Below, piece by piece: positions 38,136-48,446 of a stretch of DNA of 64,000 nucleotides. Location of the stretch: positions 512,001 through 576,000 of the forward strand of contig CAVSLV010000001.1 in NCBI GenBank assembly GCA_963728915.1, read 5' to 3'. The DNA is from an uncultured Gemmatimonadales bacterium. GTDB lineage: Bacteria; Gemmatimonadota; Gemmatimonadetes; Gemmatimonadales; GWC2-71-9. The translations under genes were made by a program, and so were the position numbers. Under the pieces are notes generated by a model, which saw nothing but the letters and a program-made list of their open reading frames with translations, was not told the origin of the DNA and searched no databases. The number at the start of each line of letters is the position of its first letter. Positions within the stretch are counted from its first letter, which is position 1.

Positions 38136-41081
38136 CTATCCGGCGGACGCCGCTCGAGGGCTGAGGATGGCGCGGCCCGGAACCACGGGGGCGCGGCGCG
38201 AGGCGGCCAGCCGTTCAGTGCGGAACTGTTCCGCGGACATCGGAGCGCCGTAGAAATACCCCTGGGCCCGGTGACAGCCCCGTCGTCGCAGAAACGCTGC
38301 CTGGGCCTTGTGCTCCACCCCTTCCGCCACCACATCCAGGTTCATGGCGCCGGCCATCGCGATGATCGCGGTGGTGATCGCGACCGCGTCGTCCTTGCCG
38401 GGAAGGTCGACGATGAAGGAGCGATCGATCTTGAGCGTCGAGATGGGGAAGTGCTTCAGGTAGCTCAAGGAGGAATACCCGGTGCCGAAGTCGTCGATGG
38501 CGAGACGGAGTCCCAGCTCGGCGAGCTCCCGGATCCTGCGCTCAGTGGTGCCGCCGGGCTCCAGCAGCAGCGACTCGGTCAGCTCGATGGTGAGCGCTCC
38601 CGGAATGACGCCGGCGCGATCGAGGATGCTCTGAACCATCCGGACGATGTCCCGCTCCCGGAGCTGCCGGGCCGACAGGTTGAACGAGATCCGGGGAGGG
38701 TCGTAACCCGCTCGCACCCAGGCCCGGACCTGGTCGCAGACGGCGCGCAGGGTCCATTCGCCCAGGGGCACGATCAGGCCGGACTCTTCGCAGAGCCGGA
38801 TGAACTCGCCTGGCTGCACCAGTCCACGCTCCGGGTGCTGCCAGCGGACCAACGCCTCCGCGCCGCTCGCCATCCGGGTGGACAGGTCGACAATCGGCTG
38901 GTACCAGACGGTGAACTCTCCCTGCTCCACCGCCCGGCGCAGCTCCTGCTCCAGGTGGAGCCGATGCAGGGCCTCGGTGCCCAGCGCCACAGCGAAGAGC
39001 TCGATCGTGTTCCGGCCCTGTTGCTTGGCGTGCGACATCGCCGCGCCAGCATGCTTGTGCACCGTCTCGAAATCAGCGGCATCGTCCGGATACACTGCGA
39101 CCCCGATCGACGCCGAGATGCTCACTTCCTGGGAGCCGAGGCGGAACGGCTGCTGAAAGACGCCGAGCAGGAGCTGCGCAGTTGCCAGGGCTTCGGACGG
39201 CGCTTGCAGGTCGGGCAGAATCACCGCGAATTCGTCCCCGCCCATGCGCACGAGCTGAACCCCCTGAGCCTCGTCGAGGACGCCTACCTCGGTCGGGTCG
39301 GAGCGGCAGCAGGCGAGCAGGCGAGCCGTCACTTCCTGAAGGAGCTGATCTCCCAGGGCCTGGCCGAGCGTGTCGTTGATCCGGCTGAAGTGATCGAGGT
39401 CGATGGAGCAGACGGCCACCCGGTGGCCGCCGTCTCTGGCGCGGGCCACGGCTCCGCGGAGGCGTTCCTGATAGAGGACCCGGTTCGGCAGTCGCGTCAG
39501 CGCGTCGTAGAACGCGAGCACCCGGACCCGCTCCAGCATCCGGGCATTGGAGAGGGCCACCGCGATCCGATCCGCCATGCGACGGAGGTCGAGCCGGCTT
39601 TCGTTGCTGCGATGCAGGGCGTCGTCCCGAAGGGCCAGCACCCCGAGCAGCTCCTCACCGTGACGGAGCGGACAGCAGAGCAGAGATGCCGGGCTGGCTT
39701 CCTGGAAGTGCGCCAGGTAGTCCGGCAGCGACTGACCGTCCTCGCCCAGGACCAGCCACTCGGGCTGGCCGAGGGCAGTGGCGACATCGGCGGCCGTCAG
39801 CTGGGCAGGGCGCACCGAGCGGTGCCCCGCACCGGGTTTCTGCTCGACCCAGGTGTGACCGGTCGACTCACCCTCTTCCTCTCCTCCCAGCACGGTCAAA
39901 CTGAGTCCCTGGCACGGCACCAGCCGCGGCAGCCGATCCAGCACCGATTGCGCGATGCTCGGGGTATCGACCGAGGAGAGCACCGCCCGGTCGATGTCCG
40001 CGGCGGTTTCCATGGCGCGGAACTGATGATCCAGCCGTGCGGTCATGGCATTGAAGCCGCGGCCCAGGTCGGCGAGCTCATCGCGGCCGCTCACTTCCAG
40101 CGGGGTGCGAAAGTCCCCTTCCGCAATGCGCAGGGTTCCGCGACGCAGCTCGGCCAGCGGGAGCAAGCCGCGCCGGATTCCCCGGAGACTCAACGCGGTG
40201 ATACTGAGAAGGGCGAGCACCAGCACCACCGGGAAGTCGTGCGCAAAGCCAGCCATGGGGGCAACCACCGCCGATCGGGCTTCGCTCACCACGACACGCC
40301 ACTCTGGTAACTGGAACGCCGCCGAGGACGGGAGCCCGGCCCAGCCGGCGAGGTACCGCTGGGTCCCGCGCCACTCGAATGATCCCGATGGACTTCCCGC
40401 GAGACTGTCGGCCATGGCGCGGGGAACCACCAGACTGTCGGTCGCGCCGCGCTGGATGCTCTGACGTCCGCCGTCCATCACATCCAGCAACATCCCGCTG
40501 GGAAGACCCTCTTCGTCCGCGGAACTCCAGAGGTATTCCGGGCTGAGCACGGCGATGATCGCAGTGCCCGAGCCCCGATCCCGATGCACCACCGAGATCC
40601 GTGGCGTTCCGGATTCTTCTCTGACGACCAGGACAGCGCTCTGGCCGGGGAGGATCGTCGCGAGCGCGGCGGGCCCGGGAAGGGCGCCTTCGTGGCCGAC
40701 GAGCAGGCGGACACTCCGGGGCAGAACGACGGCGACGGCTTCGGCCGCATAGAGCATCGCATCCCCGCAACCGTCGGCCAGCGTGGCGGCACGCGAGCGC
40801 GCGCAGGCCAGGAGGTCAGGCTGCTGACGCCGGAGGTCGCTCTCGAGGAAGGAGAGGCGGTCCGCCAGTGTCTTGCTTGCGGCGCCGGCGAGCCCCACCA
40901 GGCGTTGATGCCCCTGCCGGGTGAGCTGGCCAGTGACGCGGACAAAGGAGAGGATCGCGACCGCGCCCGTCGGCACCACCGCGCAGACGATAAACCAGCC
41001 GAGCAGCCGCCGGCCCAGCCTGCTGGTGAGCAGGGCTCGTGAAGAAACGGTAACCGGGCCTGGCCCGGCAGCCTGAGGCAT
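38136..41081 (-). CDS. Membrane diguanylate cyclase/phosphodiesterase: periplasmic sensor - HAMP - GAF - GGDEF - EAL
   Basis: Two TMs; DELADLGRGFNAM (HAMP); DALTRLPNR, MGGDEF, AEAL, IDDFGTGYSSL, AEGVE; start uncertain. Confidence 0.93.
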   Translation of the reverse strand: MPQAAGPGPVTVSSRALLTSRLGRRLLGWFIVCAVVPTGAVAILSFVRVTGQLTRQGHQRLVGLAGAASKTLADRLSFLESDLRRQQPDLLACARSRAATLADGCGDAMLYAAEAVAVVLPRSVRLLVGHEGALPGPAALATILPGQSAVLVVREESGTPRISVVHRDRGSGTAIIAVLSPEYLWSSADEEGLPSGMLLDVMDGGRQSIQRGATDSLVVPRAMADSLAGSPSGSFEWRGTQRYLAGWAGLPSSAAFQLPEWRVVVSEARSAVVAPMAGFAHDFPVVLVLALLSITALSLRGIRRGLLPLAELRRGTLRIAEGDFRTPLEVSGRDELADLGRGFNAMTARLDHQFRAMETAADIDRAVLSSVDTPSIAQSVLDRLPRLVPCQGLSLTVLGGEEEGESTGHTWVEQKPGAGHRSVRPAQLTAADVATALGQPEWLVLGEDGQSLPDYLAHFQEASPASLLCCPLRHGEELLGVLALRDDALHRSNESRLDLRRMADRIAVALSNARMLERVRVLAFYDALTRLPNRVLYQERLRGAVARARDGGHRVAVCSIDLDHFSRINDTLGQALGDQLLQEVTARLLACCRSDPTEVGVLDEAQGVQLVRMGGDEFAVILPDLQAPSEALATAQLLLGVFQQPFRLGSQEVSISASIGVAVYPDDAADFETVHKHAGAAMSHAKQQGRNTIELFAVALGTEALHRLHLEQELRRAVEQGEFTVWYQPIVDLSTRMASGAEALVRWQHPERGLVQPGEFIRLCEESGLIVPLGEWTLRAVCDQVRAWVRAGYDPPRISFNLSARQLRERDIVRMVQSILDRAGVIPGALTIELTESLLLEPGGTTERRIRELAELGLRLAIDDFGTGYSSLSYLKHFPISTLKIDRSFIVDLPGKDDAVAITTAIIAMAGAMNLDVVAEGVEHKAQAAFLRRRGCHRAQGYFYGAPMSAEQFRTERLAASRRAPVVPGRAILSPRAASAG

Positions 41082-41396
41082 GTCGGGAAACAAAGCAACC
41101 CGCAGGCCAGCCGCGGTGCCGCGCCGTAGCGGTAGCCCTCACAACGAGTTGAGGTCGAGAGGCGGGGCCGGGCCGGGTCAGGGTGAGTCCAGTGTCGCCA
41201 CCTGCTGCGGAAGGTCTTGCTTGATACGGTTCATCGATCTGGCCGATTCCCGCGCAGGCTTGGCCTGGGCCGGGCCGCTTGCCTCGCCCGAGGCTCCGAA
41301 GGTAGCGTTTCGCATGCCCCCCCGGACGGGAGGTGGTGGAAGAGACCCCACCTCTGACCTGAAACACCGCTGCCTGGAACGAGAAAGGGAATAGAG

Positions 41397-43403
41397 ATGA
41401 GTCGGGCGACTTCGATGGTCATCCTGCTGGTGACGGCTTCGGGAATGACGGCAACGGCGCAGAGCCCGCGCCCGATCCGGCTCACCGACCTGGCCCGCTT
41501 CCGCAACGTGAGCGACCCGGAGCTTTCGCCGGATGGCGCCTGGGTCGCCTACACGGTCTCCACCGTGGATACCGCCAAAAACAGATCGAGCTCCGACATC
41601 TGGATGACGTCGTGGGACGGGGCCCAGACTCTGCGCCTGACGTTTTCCCCCGACAATGAATCATCGCCCCGCTGGAGCCCGGATGGGCGCTGGCTGGCAT
41701 TTCTCTCCGGGCGTCAGGAAGGGCACGGTTCCCAGGTCTGGCTGCTGGATCGGCGCGGCGGCGAGGCGCAGCGGATCACCATGGTGAAGGACGGGGTCTC
41801 GGGCGTCGAGTGGTCCCCCGACAGCAAGCGGCTCGCGATGGTCGGGAGCATCAACGCGGATAGCCTCGCAGCAAAGCGCGACAGCACCAGGAAGTACCCC
41901 ATCGTGATCAACCGGTATCAGTTCAAGGAGGACGTCGAGGGCTATCTCCAGACGACGCACTCGCATCTGCTGCTCTTCGATATCGCGTCGAAGAAGCTGG
42001 ACACCCTCACCACCGGAGCGGTGGACGACGAATCGCCGCGGTGGTCGCCGGATGGCGGTGCGCTCTCCTTCATCCGGTCCGTTCCGGCGGAGCCCGGAGT
42101 GGGCGAGGAATCCGATCTCTGGGTGATCGATGCGCGCGCAGGCTCCCAGCCCCGGCAGCTCACCACTACCCGCGGGCCTGACCGGGGTCCGCCGGCCTGG
42201 AGTCCCGATGGCCAGTGGATCGCCTTCCTTCGCACCGACGAGCCCAAGTGGTACGCCTATCAGCAGAACAAGCTGGCGCTGGTTCGGAGCGACGGCAGCG
42301 AGATGCGAGTCGTCACCGGTGGGCTCGACCGGGCAGTGAATCGCCCGGTGTTCCTGGCCGGCGGCCAGACCCTGCTGGCCATGATGGACGACGACCGGGA
42401 ATCGGTTCTGATCCGGGTTCACCTGCCCGACGGCAAGGTGGACCGCCTGGTGGATGGACGCCACCTGGTGCATTCGTTTTCCACCACACCCGGGGGTGCC
42501 GGGAAAACTGCGCTGCTCCTGAGCACGTCCGACCGGCCCTCCGAGATCTGGGCCGCCGACGGCGACAGGCTGCGGCAGCTCTCGCATCAGAACGATTCGC
42601 TCATGGCGGAGCTGGTGGTGGCGCCGATCGAGGGACTCACCTCGCACAGCGGTGACGGCACCGAGGTGCACAGCATCGTGGTCCGTCCGGCGGGCTCGAC
42701 GCCTGGGAAGCCGCTGCCCACCATCTTCTACATCCACGGCGGACCCAACTCGCAGAACGACTACGGCTACACCTTCGAGCACCAGTTCTTCGCCGCCAAC
42801 GGCTACGCGGTGATCTCGGTGAATTACCGGGGCAGTGATGGCCGGGGGCTCGCCTATCAGCGCGCCATCTTCGCCGACTGGGGTCACAAGGAAGTCATGG
42901 ACATCCTGGGGGCGGTGGACGAGGCGGTGAAGCAGGGTATCGCGGACCCGGATCGCCTGGCCATCGGCGGCTGGAGCTACGGCGGGATTCTCACCGATTA
43001 CACCATCGCCACCACGACCCGCTTCAAGGCCGCGGTGAGCGGGGCGGGCAGCGCGCTGCAGCTTTCGCTCTTCGGAGTGGACGAATACGCCGAGCAGTAT
43101 GAGCTCGAGCTCGGGCCGCCGTGGAGCAACCGCGATTTGTGGCTCAAGCTCTCGTATGCCTACTTCGATGCCCCGAAGATCAAGACCCCGACCCTGTTCC
43201 TCGGCGGGCAGGCGGATTTCAACGTGCCGATTGTCGGGGGCGAGCAGATGTACCAGGCTCTCCGGCTCCTCGGCGTACCGACCGAGCTGGTGGTGTATCC
43301 CAACCAGTTCCATGGACTGACGGTGCCGAGCTTCAGGGCGGACTACCGGCAGCGGTTTCTGGACTGGGTGAGCAAGTACCTGAATGGCAGTCCGATGCCG
43401 TGA
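41397..43403 (+). CDS. S9-family peptidase with N-terminal PD40 propeller, secreted
   Basis: WSPDG repeats, IHGGP, NYRGS, GWSYGG nucleophile, DFNVP, YPNQFH. Confidence 0.94.
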   Translation: MSRATSMVILLVTASGMTATAQSPRPIRLTDLARFRNVSDPELSPDGAWVAYTVSTVDTAKNRSSSDIWMTSWDGAQTLRLTFSPDNESSPRWSPDGRWLAFLSGRQEGHGSQVWLLDRRGGEAQRITMVKDGVSGVEWSPDSKRLAMVGSINADSLAAKRDSTRKYPIVINRYQFKEDVEGYLQTTHSHLLLFDIASKKLDTLTTGAVDDESPRWSPDGGALSFIRSVPAEPGVGEESDLWVIDARAGSQPRQLTTTRGPDRGPPAWSPDGQWIAFLRTDEPKWYAYQQNKLALVRSDGSEMRVVTGGLDRAVNRPVFLAGGQTLLAMMDDDRESVLIRVHLPDGKVDRLVDGRHLVHSFSTTPGGAGKTALLLSTSDRPSEIWAADGDRLRQLSHQNDSLMAELVVAPIEGLTSHSGDGTEVHSIVVRPAGSTPGKPLPTIFYIHGGPNSQNDYGYTFEHQFFAANGYAVISVNYRGSDGRGLAYQRAIFADWGHKEVMDILGAVDEAVKQGIADPDRLAIGGWSYGGILTDYTIATTTRFKAAVSGAGSALQLSLFGVDEYAEQYELELGPPWSNRDLWLKLSYAYFDAPKIKTPTLFLGGQADFNVPIVGGEQMYQALRLLGVPTELVVYPNQFHGLTVPSFRADYRQRFLDWVSKYLNGSPMP

Positions 43404-43421
43404 GCTCCGGCCTGGAGCACG

Positions 43422-44648
43422 CTACCGCTTCACCAGCTCGACTCTCCGATTGCGCGCGCGCCCCTCCGGACTGCCATTGTCGGCGACCGGCTTGGTATCG
43501 GCGAAGCCGGCCGTGGTGAGTCGGCTCGCGGCGATTCCGTGCCCCACCAGGTACGCCTTGACGCTGGCCGCTCGTTCCTCGGACAGGCTCTGGTTGTGAG
43601 GGCGGGCTCCGGTGTTGTCGGTATGTCCCTCGATGCCAAGCTTCAGGGAAGCATCGGCGCCGAGAAGTTTCACGATCTGGGAAAGGGTCGCCTCCGATTC
43701 CGGCTTGATGGTGGCGGAGTCGGTATCGAAGTAGATGCCATAGAGCGCCACGTGGCCGTTGCGGTCCAGCTCCTCCCGGAGCCTCCGGGCTTCCGCCTGG
43801 GCGCCGGGATCGGCGAGGCCGACGGTGTAGCCCTGGTTGGTGACGTGAAAGGTGAGCCAGAGATCGCGGCCTCCCCTGGCATAGTGGCTCGACAGCGTGG
43901 CGTCCCCGGAGCTCGTGCCGCCGCTGTTCTTGACGATCTTCCAGCCGGCCTGTCCTAACGCGCTGGCATAGACCTCGTTGAACTCGAACGGAGAGAGGTC
44001 GGCCGGGCCGGTGTAGGTCGCCTGCCAGAGCGGACGTCCCACCCAGTGGCTCTCCTCTCCGGGGACGGTGATCTCGATCACTCCGTCGGCCAGCACTTGG
44101 GACGTCTTCAGCACGCTCCCGGGGAAGTGGCTGAGGTAGATCGGCTCGGATCCACCCGTCAGCGGCTCGGGCTCCGTGCCGGGCGCCGACAGGAAGATCC
44201 CGCGACCCGGGGTGGACTGCTCCACCACGCTGATCCGCAGGAAGTCAGAGCCGCCCTCCAGGTGAAGCCAGGAGGTCACTCCCGCCTGCTCCCGCTTCGC
44301 GATGATCCAGGGCATCTCCTGGAGGATGGTCCAGTGCTGCGCCACGAGCAGCGGACGCTCCACCGCGTCGAAGGCGGCCTGGTCCATACGGGTGGCTGGG
44401 GGCGGGGTCATCTTTGCCGTAAGCAGCCAGGTGTGGCCTTCCGCGAAGACGCGAACCGTGGGATTGGCCGGGCCAGGCTTGTAGTCGAAAGGCTCTTTCC
44501 CGCGCTCGACGTAGACCTGGCCGCCGCCGGTGGAGAGGACGAATCCCGGCACCAGGAGCACGTAGTCGGGCAGTGGCTTCGAGGCCTGATACCAGGGCGC
44601 ACCGGTCGCGAGCGCGAACAGGGACGAGGCAACGATCGGGATGAACAT
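43422..44648 (-). CDS. OmpA-family peptidoglycan-binding protein with uncharacterised N-terminal domains
   Basis: IYFDTDSA, IEGHTD, NQSLSEERA, GRARNRRVE; TGATG overlap with the upstream gene. Confidence 0.9.
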   Translation of the reverse strand: MFIPIVASSLFALATGAPWYQASKPLPDYVLLVPGFVLSTGGGQVYVERGKEPFDYKPGPANPTVRVFAEGHTWLLTAKMTPPPATRMDQAAFDAVERPLLVAQHWTILQEMPWIIAKREQAGVTSWLHLEGGSDFLRISVVEQSTPGRGIFLSAPGTEPEPLTGGSEPIYLSHFPGSVLKTSQVLADGVIEITVPGEESHWVGRPLWQATYTGPADLSPFEFNEVYASALGQAGWKIVKNSGGTSSGDATLSSHYARGGRDLWLTFHVTNQGYTVGLADPGAQAEARRLREELDRNGHVALYGIYFDTDSATIKPESEATLSQIVKLLGADASLKLGIEGHTDNTGARPHNQSLSEERAASVKAYLVGHGIAASRLTTAGFADTKPVADNGSPEGRARNRRVELVKR

Positions 44649-45583
44649 CAGTGAATGGAAGCCTCCACCCGGCGGATGAAGTCGCGGACCACCCGGAGCA
44701 CCTCCTCCGGGTTGTCGTTCTCGGTGGAATGGGCCGAATTGGGGATGACAGCGAACTCCGCTCCGGGCACCATTCGGGAGAACATCTCGGTTGAGGCGGG
44801 CGTCGCCTCATCGTACTGACCGGCCACGAACAGGGTGGGAACCCGGATCGCCTTGATCCACTCGGTCGCATCGAAGTCGGTGAGCGTTCCGGTCGCGCGG
44901 AACTCGCTCGGTCCCCACATGTACTGGTAGACCAGCTCGCCATGGGTCCTTCGCGCACTGTCCGCATCGGCGGGTGAGCGCACCGGATTCCGCCGGACAT
45001 AGCGGGCGTAGTACTCCCGCATCGCGGCCTGGTATTCGGGCGAATCGGTGGTGCCGGCTGCCTCGTGCTTCGCGATCGCCTGCTGCATGGAATCGGGAAG
45101 GGTGCGCACCAGTGAATCGGCGTCCTGCTGCCATTGCTTCGTCGTTACCAGGGGATCCGCGAGCACCACGCTCCGCACCCCGGTCGGATTGGTGGCCATG
45201 TAGGCCTCGACCAGCATGGCGCCCCAGGAACGCCCGTAGAGATGCACTTCGGTGAGGTGGAGTGAATCCCTGAGGGCCTGGAGCTCGGCGACGAAGCGAT
45301 CGACCGTGAAGAGCGTCGTATCGGTGGGGTGATCGGACTTGCCGCACCCGAGCTGGTCGTAGCGGATCACGACCCGGTCGTCGCCCAGGGCGGCCCAGGG
45401 CTTGAGACCGAAGCTGGTGCTGCCGGGGCCGCCGTGGATGACGATGAGCGGGATGCCCTTCCCGTTCCCCATCTTCGCGTACCAGATCCGGCCGCCCGGC
45501 ACCTGGATGAATCCTTCGTTCGTCCGCGCCGATCCGCCACAACCAGCCAGAAGCGCGAGGACCGCCATGAGCCGGTTCGTCAT
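44648..45583 (-). CDS. Proline iminopeptidase-like alpha/beta hydrolase, lipoprotein
   Basis: LAGC lipobox; HGGPG, YDQLGCGKS, GRSWG, GPSEF, YDEAT, NSAH. Confidence 0.9.
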   Translation of the reverse strand: MTNRLMAVLALLAGCGGSARTNEGFIQVPGGRIWYAKMGNGKGIPLIVIHGGPGSTSFGLKPWAALGDDRVVIRYDQLGCGKSDHPTDTTLFTVDRFVAELQALRDSLHLTEVHLYGRSWGAMLVEAYMATNPTGVRSVVLADPLVTTKQWQQDADSLVRTLPDSMQQAIAKHEAAGTTDSPEYQAAMREYYARYVRRNPVRSPADADSARRTHGELVYQYMWGPSEFRATGTLTDFDATEWIKAIRVPTLFVAGQYDEATPASTEMFSRMVPGAEFAVIPNSAHSTENDNPEEVLRVVRDFIRRVEASIH

Positions 45584-47016
45584 GGCGCCTTCGTCACCAC
45601 CGGCGCAATTCCCGTGGCCCGGAGCGGCTCCGCCACTACCGCGCTGTCGCCTACGATCACGATGTTGAGATGGCCCAGGTCGATGTATTTCTTCGCCACC
45701 CGGACCAGGTCGTCCCGGGTGACCGCGTCGATGTGGCGCGGGTACTCCTGATAGAACGTGGTGGGGAGGCCCTGGACGAAGAGCTGGGCCACGGCGTTGC
45801 CGATCCCGTTCACCGAGCTGAAGCGCCGGGGCAGGGACTGAATCAGCGACTCCTTGCCCTGGGTGATCTCGTCTTCGGTAAAGGGGATCTCTCCCTCGAC
45901 CCCGCGAAGCTCTTTCATGAACTCGATCAGGGCGCTGTCGGTCTTGGCGGTCACGATCCCGCCACCGGCCCGGAACGGCCCCGGCCCGTGTCCGAACGCG
46001 AAGCTCGAGTTGACTCCGTAGCTGTAGCCCTTCACCTCCCGGATGTTGTGATTGAGCCGCGACTGGAAGAGCCCGCCGAGCAGGTTGTTCATCACCTGGA
46101 GGGCATAGTAGTCCGGGGTGGCGCGGACCGGGCCGGGTAACCCGATTGCGAACACCGACTGCGCCGCCTTGGGCTTGTCCACCAGGTAGATCGTGGTGGC
46201 CTGCGGCGCGGGCACCGGCGGGTACTGCCAGGACGGTGCGGCGCCGCCCGGGCTCCAGCCCGAGAGCGCGGCTTCGACCATGGTCTTGACCCGGGCAGGG
46301 TCGACGTCGCCGGTCACCGTGATCACGGCGCGTCCGGGACGGAAATAGTCCCGGTGGAACGCGAGGACGTCATCGCGGGTTATGGCGTTGACGGTGGCCT
46401 CGGTGGTCACCCGGCCGTAGGGATGCCCGGTGCCGTAGAGGGTGCGGGCAAAGACGTTGGCGGCGATGGCATTGGGCTGGTCCCGGGCCTGCTGGAGCTG
46501 CACCAGGGTCCGGCCCCGGATCCGCTCCAGGGCCGGCTCCGGGAACGTCGAATGGAGCAGCATGTCGGCCAGGAGGCCCAGCGCCGGCTCGAGCTTGTCG
46601 CGCAAGGCGGTGAAGCCGATCGCGCCGGTTTCGCCCGAGACATTCGCGAAGATCTGGGTCCCGAGTTGCTGCTGCGCCTCGGAGAGCTGGTCGGCAGTCC
46701 GGGTGTCGGTGCCTTCGGAAAGCATCTGGGTGGTGAACTGCGCGGTGCCCAGCTTGCCGGCGGGTTCGAAGTTATAGCTCCCGCCCACGAAGTTGATGGT
46801 GAACGCGACCAGAGGCAGATCATGCTTCGGAGTCACCACCAGCAACGCTCCATTGGATAGCCGGGTGCTGGTCCAGGCCGGGACCTGAATCGCTCTGGTC
46901 GGGCCCGGTTTGGGCACCTGATTGCGGTCGAGGGTCTGCGCCGCGAGTCCGGGCAGGACGGGTCCCGCGAGCGCCATGGCGAGCGCGGCCGGGGCCGCTT
47001 GAACGAATCGGATCAC
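45580..47016 (-). CDS. M16B peptidase, non-catalytic subunit
   Basis: LSNG; no HxxEH; LGGLFQSRLNHNIREVKGYSYG. Confidence 0.9.
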   Translation of the reverse strand: MIRFVQAAPAALAMALAGPVLPGLAAQTLDRNQVPKPGPTRAIQVPAWTSTRLSNGALLVVTPKHDLPLVAFTINFVGGSYNFEPAGKLGTAQFTTQMLSEGTDTRTADQLSEAQQQLGTQIFANVSGETGAIGFTALRDKLEPALGLLADMLLHSTFPEPALERIRGRTLVQLQQARDQPNAIAANVFARTLYGTGHPYGRVTTEATVNAITRDDVLAFHRDYFRPGRAVITVTGDVDPARVKTMVEAALSGWSPGGAAPSWQYPPVPAPQATTIYLVDKPKAAQSVFAIGLPGPVRATPDYYALQVMNNLLGGLFQSRLNHNIREVKGYSYGVNSSFAFGHGPGPFRAGGGIVTAKTDSALIEFMKELRGVEGEIPFTEDEITQGKESLIQSLPRRFSSVNGIGNAVAQLFVQGLPTTFYQEYPRHIDAVTRDDLVRVAKKYIDLGHLNIVIVGDSAVVAEPLRATGIAPVVTKAP

Positions 47017-48446
47017 TGGCTCTTTCCCCCTTGCCCGATGAGATAGTGGCCGCCATCGGGCGCGACGGTGACCTTGACGCTCTGTTCCGGCTTCGACGCC
47101 TCTTCGCTCTTGCCGACCGGGACCACGCTCAGGACCGCCCGCTTCGCGGTGAGGTACCTGGCGGCGACCCGCTGGACGTCCGCCGGCGTGGTGGCCTTGA
47201 GCCGGGCGTATTCTTTCTGATACCAGCCAGGATCGCCATGGAACACTTCGCCGGAGGCGAGGGTTTCGGCTTTCCCGAGGTTGGATTCGAGGCCGGACAC
47301 GAAGCGGAACTCCACTCCGGCAATCGCGCGGGCCAGCTCGTCGGTGGTGGGCCCTTCCCGAATCAGCCGGGCGATGACCGAGTCGGCGTCGGCTTCCAGC
47401 TCCGCCAGCGTATGCCCGGGCCGGGGCGTGAGAAAGACCAGCATGGCGCCGTTCAGCTCGTTGGTATCATGGAACGCGCCCACCGACGCCGCGGACTGCT
47501 GGTCGTAGACCAGCGCCTTGGTCAGACGAGCGGTCCGCGGCCCGGAGAGAATGTCGGCCAGCAGGTCGAGTGCCTGGCTGTCCTCGCCGTTTTCCCCGGC
47601 GGCGTTCCAGGCGAGGTAGAGCCTCGGCACCTGGACCCGATCCTCGAACACCATCCGTTTTTCGCCGGGCATCTCCGCCGCCGCCACCGCGGGGCGGGAG
47701 ATCGGCGCGCCGCGGGGCAGATCCCCGAAGTATCTGGCGACCCATGCTTTGGCCTCGGCCGGGTCGAAATCGCCCACGATCGCGAGGGTGGCGTTGGAGG
47801 GCGCGTAATAGACGCGGAAGAACTGCTTCACGTCCTCGACGGTCGCCTTCTGGAGATCGGCCATGTAGCCCACCACCGGCCAGGCGTAGGGATTCGACTC
47901 GGGCAACATCGCCGCGGTCAGAATCTCGAAGGCGCGGCCGTACGGCTGGTTGTCGATACCCTGGCGCCGTTCGTTCTGCACGATCTCCCGCTGGGCCACG
48001 AATTTGTCCTGGTCCAGCTTGTCGAGCAGGAACCCCATCCGGTCCGATTCCAGCCAGAGCGCGCTCTCGAGGTAGTTGCCGGGAACGTTTTCGTAATAGT
48101 TGGTCCGGTCGTTGGTCGTGGAGCCGTTGTTGTTGCCACCGACTCCTTCGGTGAGCCGATCATGCATGCCGTAGGGCACGTGGCCGGAGCCGGTGAACAT
48201 CACGTGCTCGAACATGTGGGCGAAGCCGGTCCGGCCCGGCACTTCGTTCTTGGAGCCGACATGGTACCACACGTCCACCGCCACCTGGGGCGTGGTCCGG
48301 CTCACCGAGAGGATGACGTCGAGCCCGTTGGGCAGCGTGTAGCGCTGGAACGGGATCGAGAGGCTCGGCGCTGGAGCCTGCGCCTCGATCGGGACGGCGC
48401 CTGGTCCGAGCAGGACCAGTGCTGCAAGGATATGGCGCGGATTCAT
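47013..48446 (-). CDS. M16B peptidase, catalytic subunit
   Basis: LPNGL, YHVGS, GFAHMFEH, LESDRM, YYAPSNA; signal peptide. Confidence 0.93.
   Translation of the reverse strand: MNPRHILAALVLLGPGAVPIEAQAPAPSLSIPFQRYTLPNGLDVILSVSRTTPQVAVDVWYHVGSKNEVPGRTGFAHMFEHVMFTGSGHVPYGMHDRLTEGVGGNNNGSTTNDRTNYYENVPGNYLESALWLESDRMGFLLDKLDQDKFVAQREIVQNERRQGIDNQPYGRAFEILTAAMLPESNPYAWPVVGYMADLQKATVEDVKQFFRVYYAPSNATLAIVGDFDPAEAKAWVARYFGDLPRGAPISRPAVAAAEMPGEKRMVFEDRVQVPRLYLAWNAAGENGEDSQALDLLADILSGPRTARLTKALVYDQQSAASVGAFHDTNELNGAMLVFLTPRPGHTLAELEADADSVIARLIREGPTTDELARAIAGVEFRFVSGLESNLGKAETLASGEVFHGDPGWYQKEYARLKATTPADVQRVAARYLTAKRAVLSVVPVGKSEEASKPEQSVKVTVAPDGGHYLIGQGGKSQ

Noticed and set aside
41094..41396. c-di-GMP riboswitch or a 45-aa ORF (41178..41315, minus) upstream of the GGDEF-EAL gene
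   Set aside because: No GEMM motif seen; the small ORF has no recognisable features
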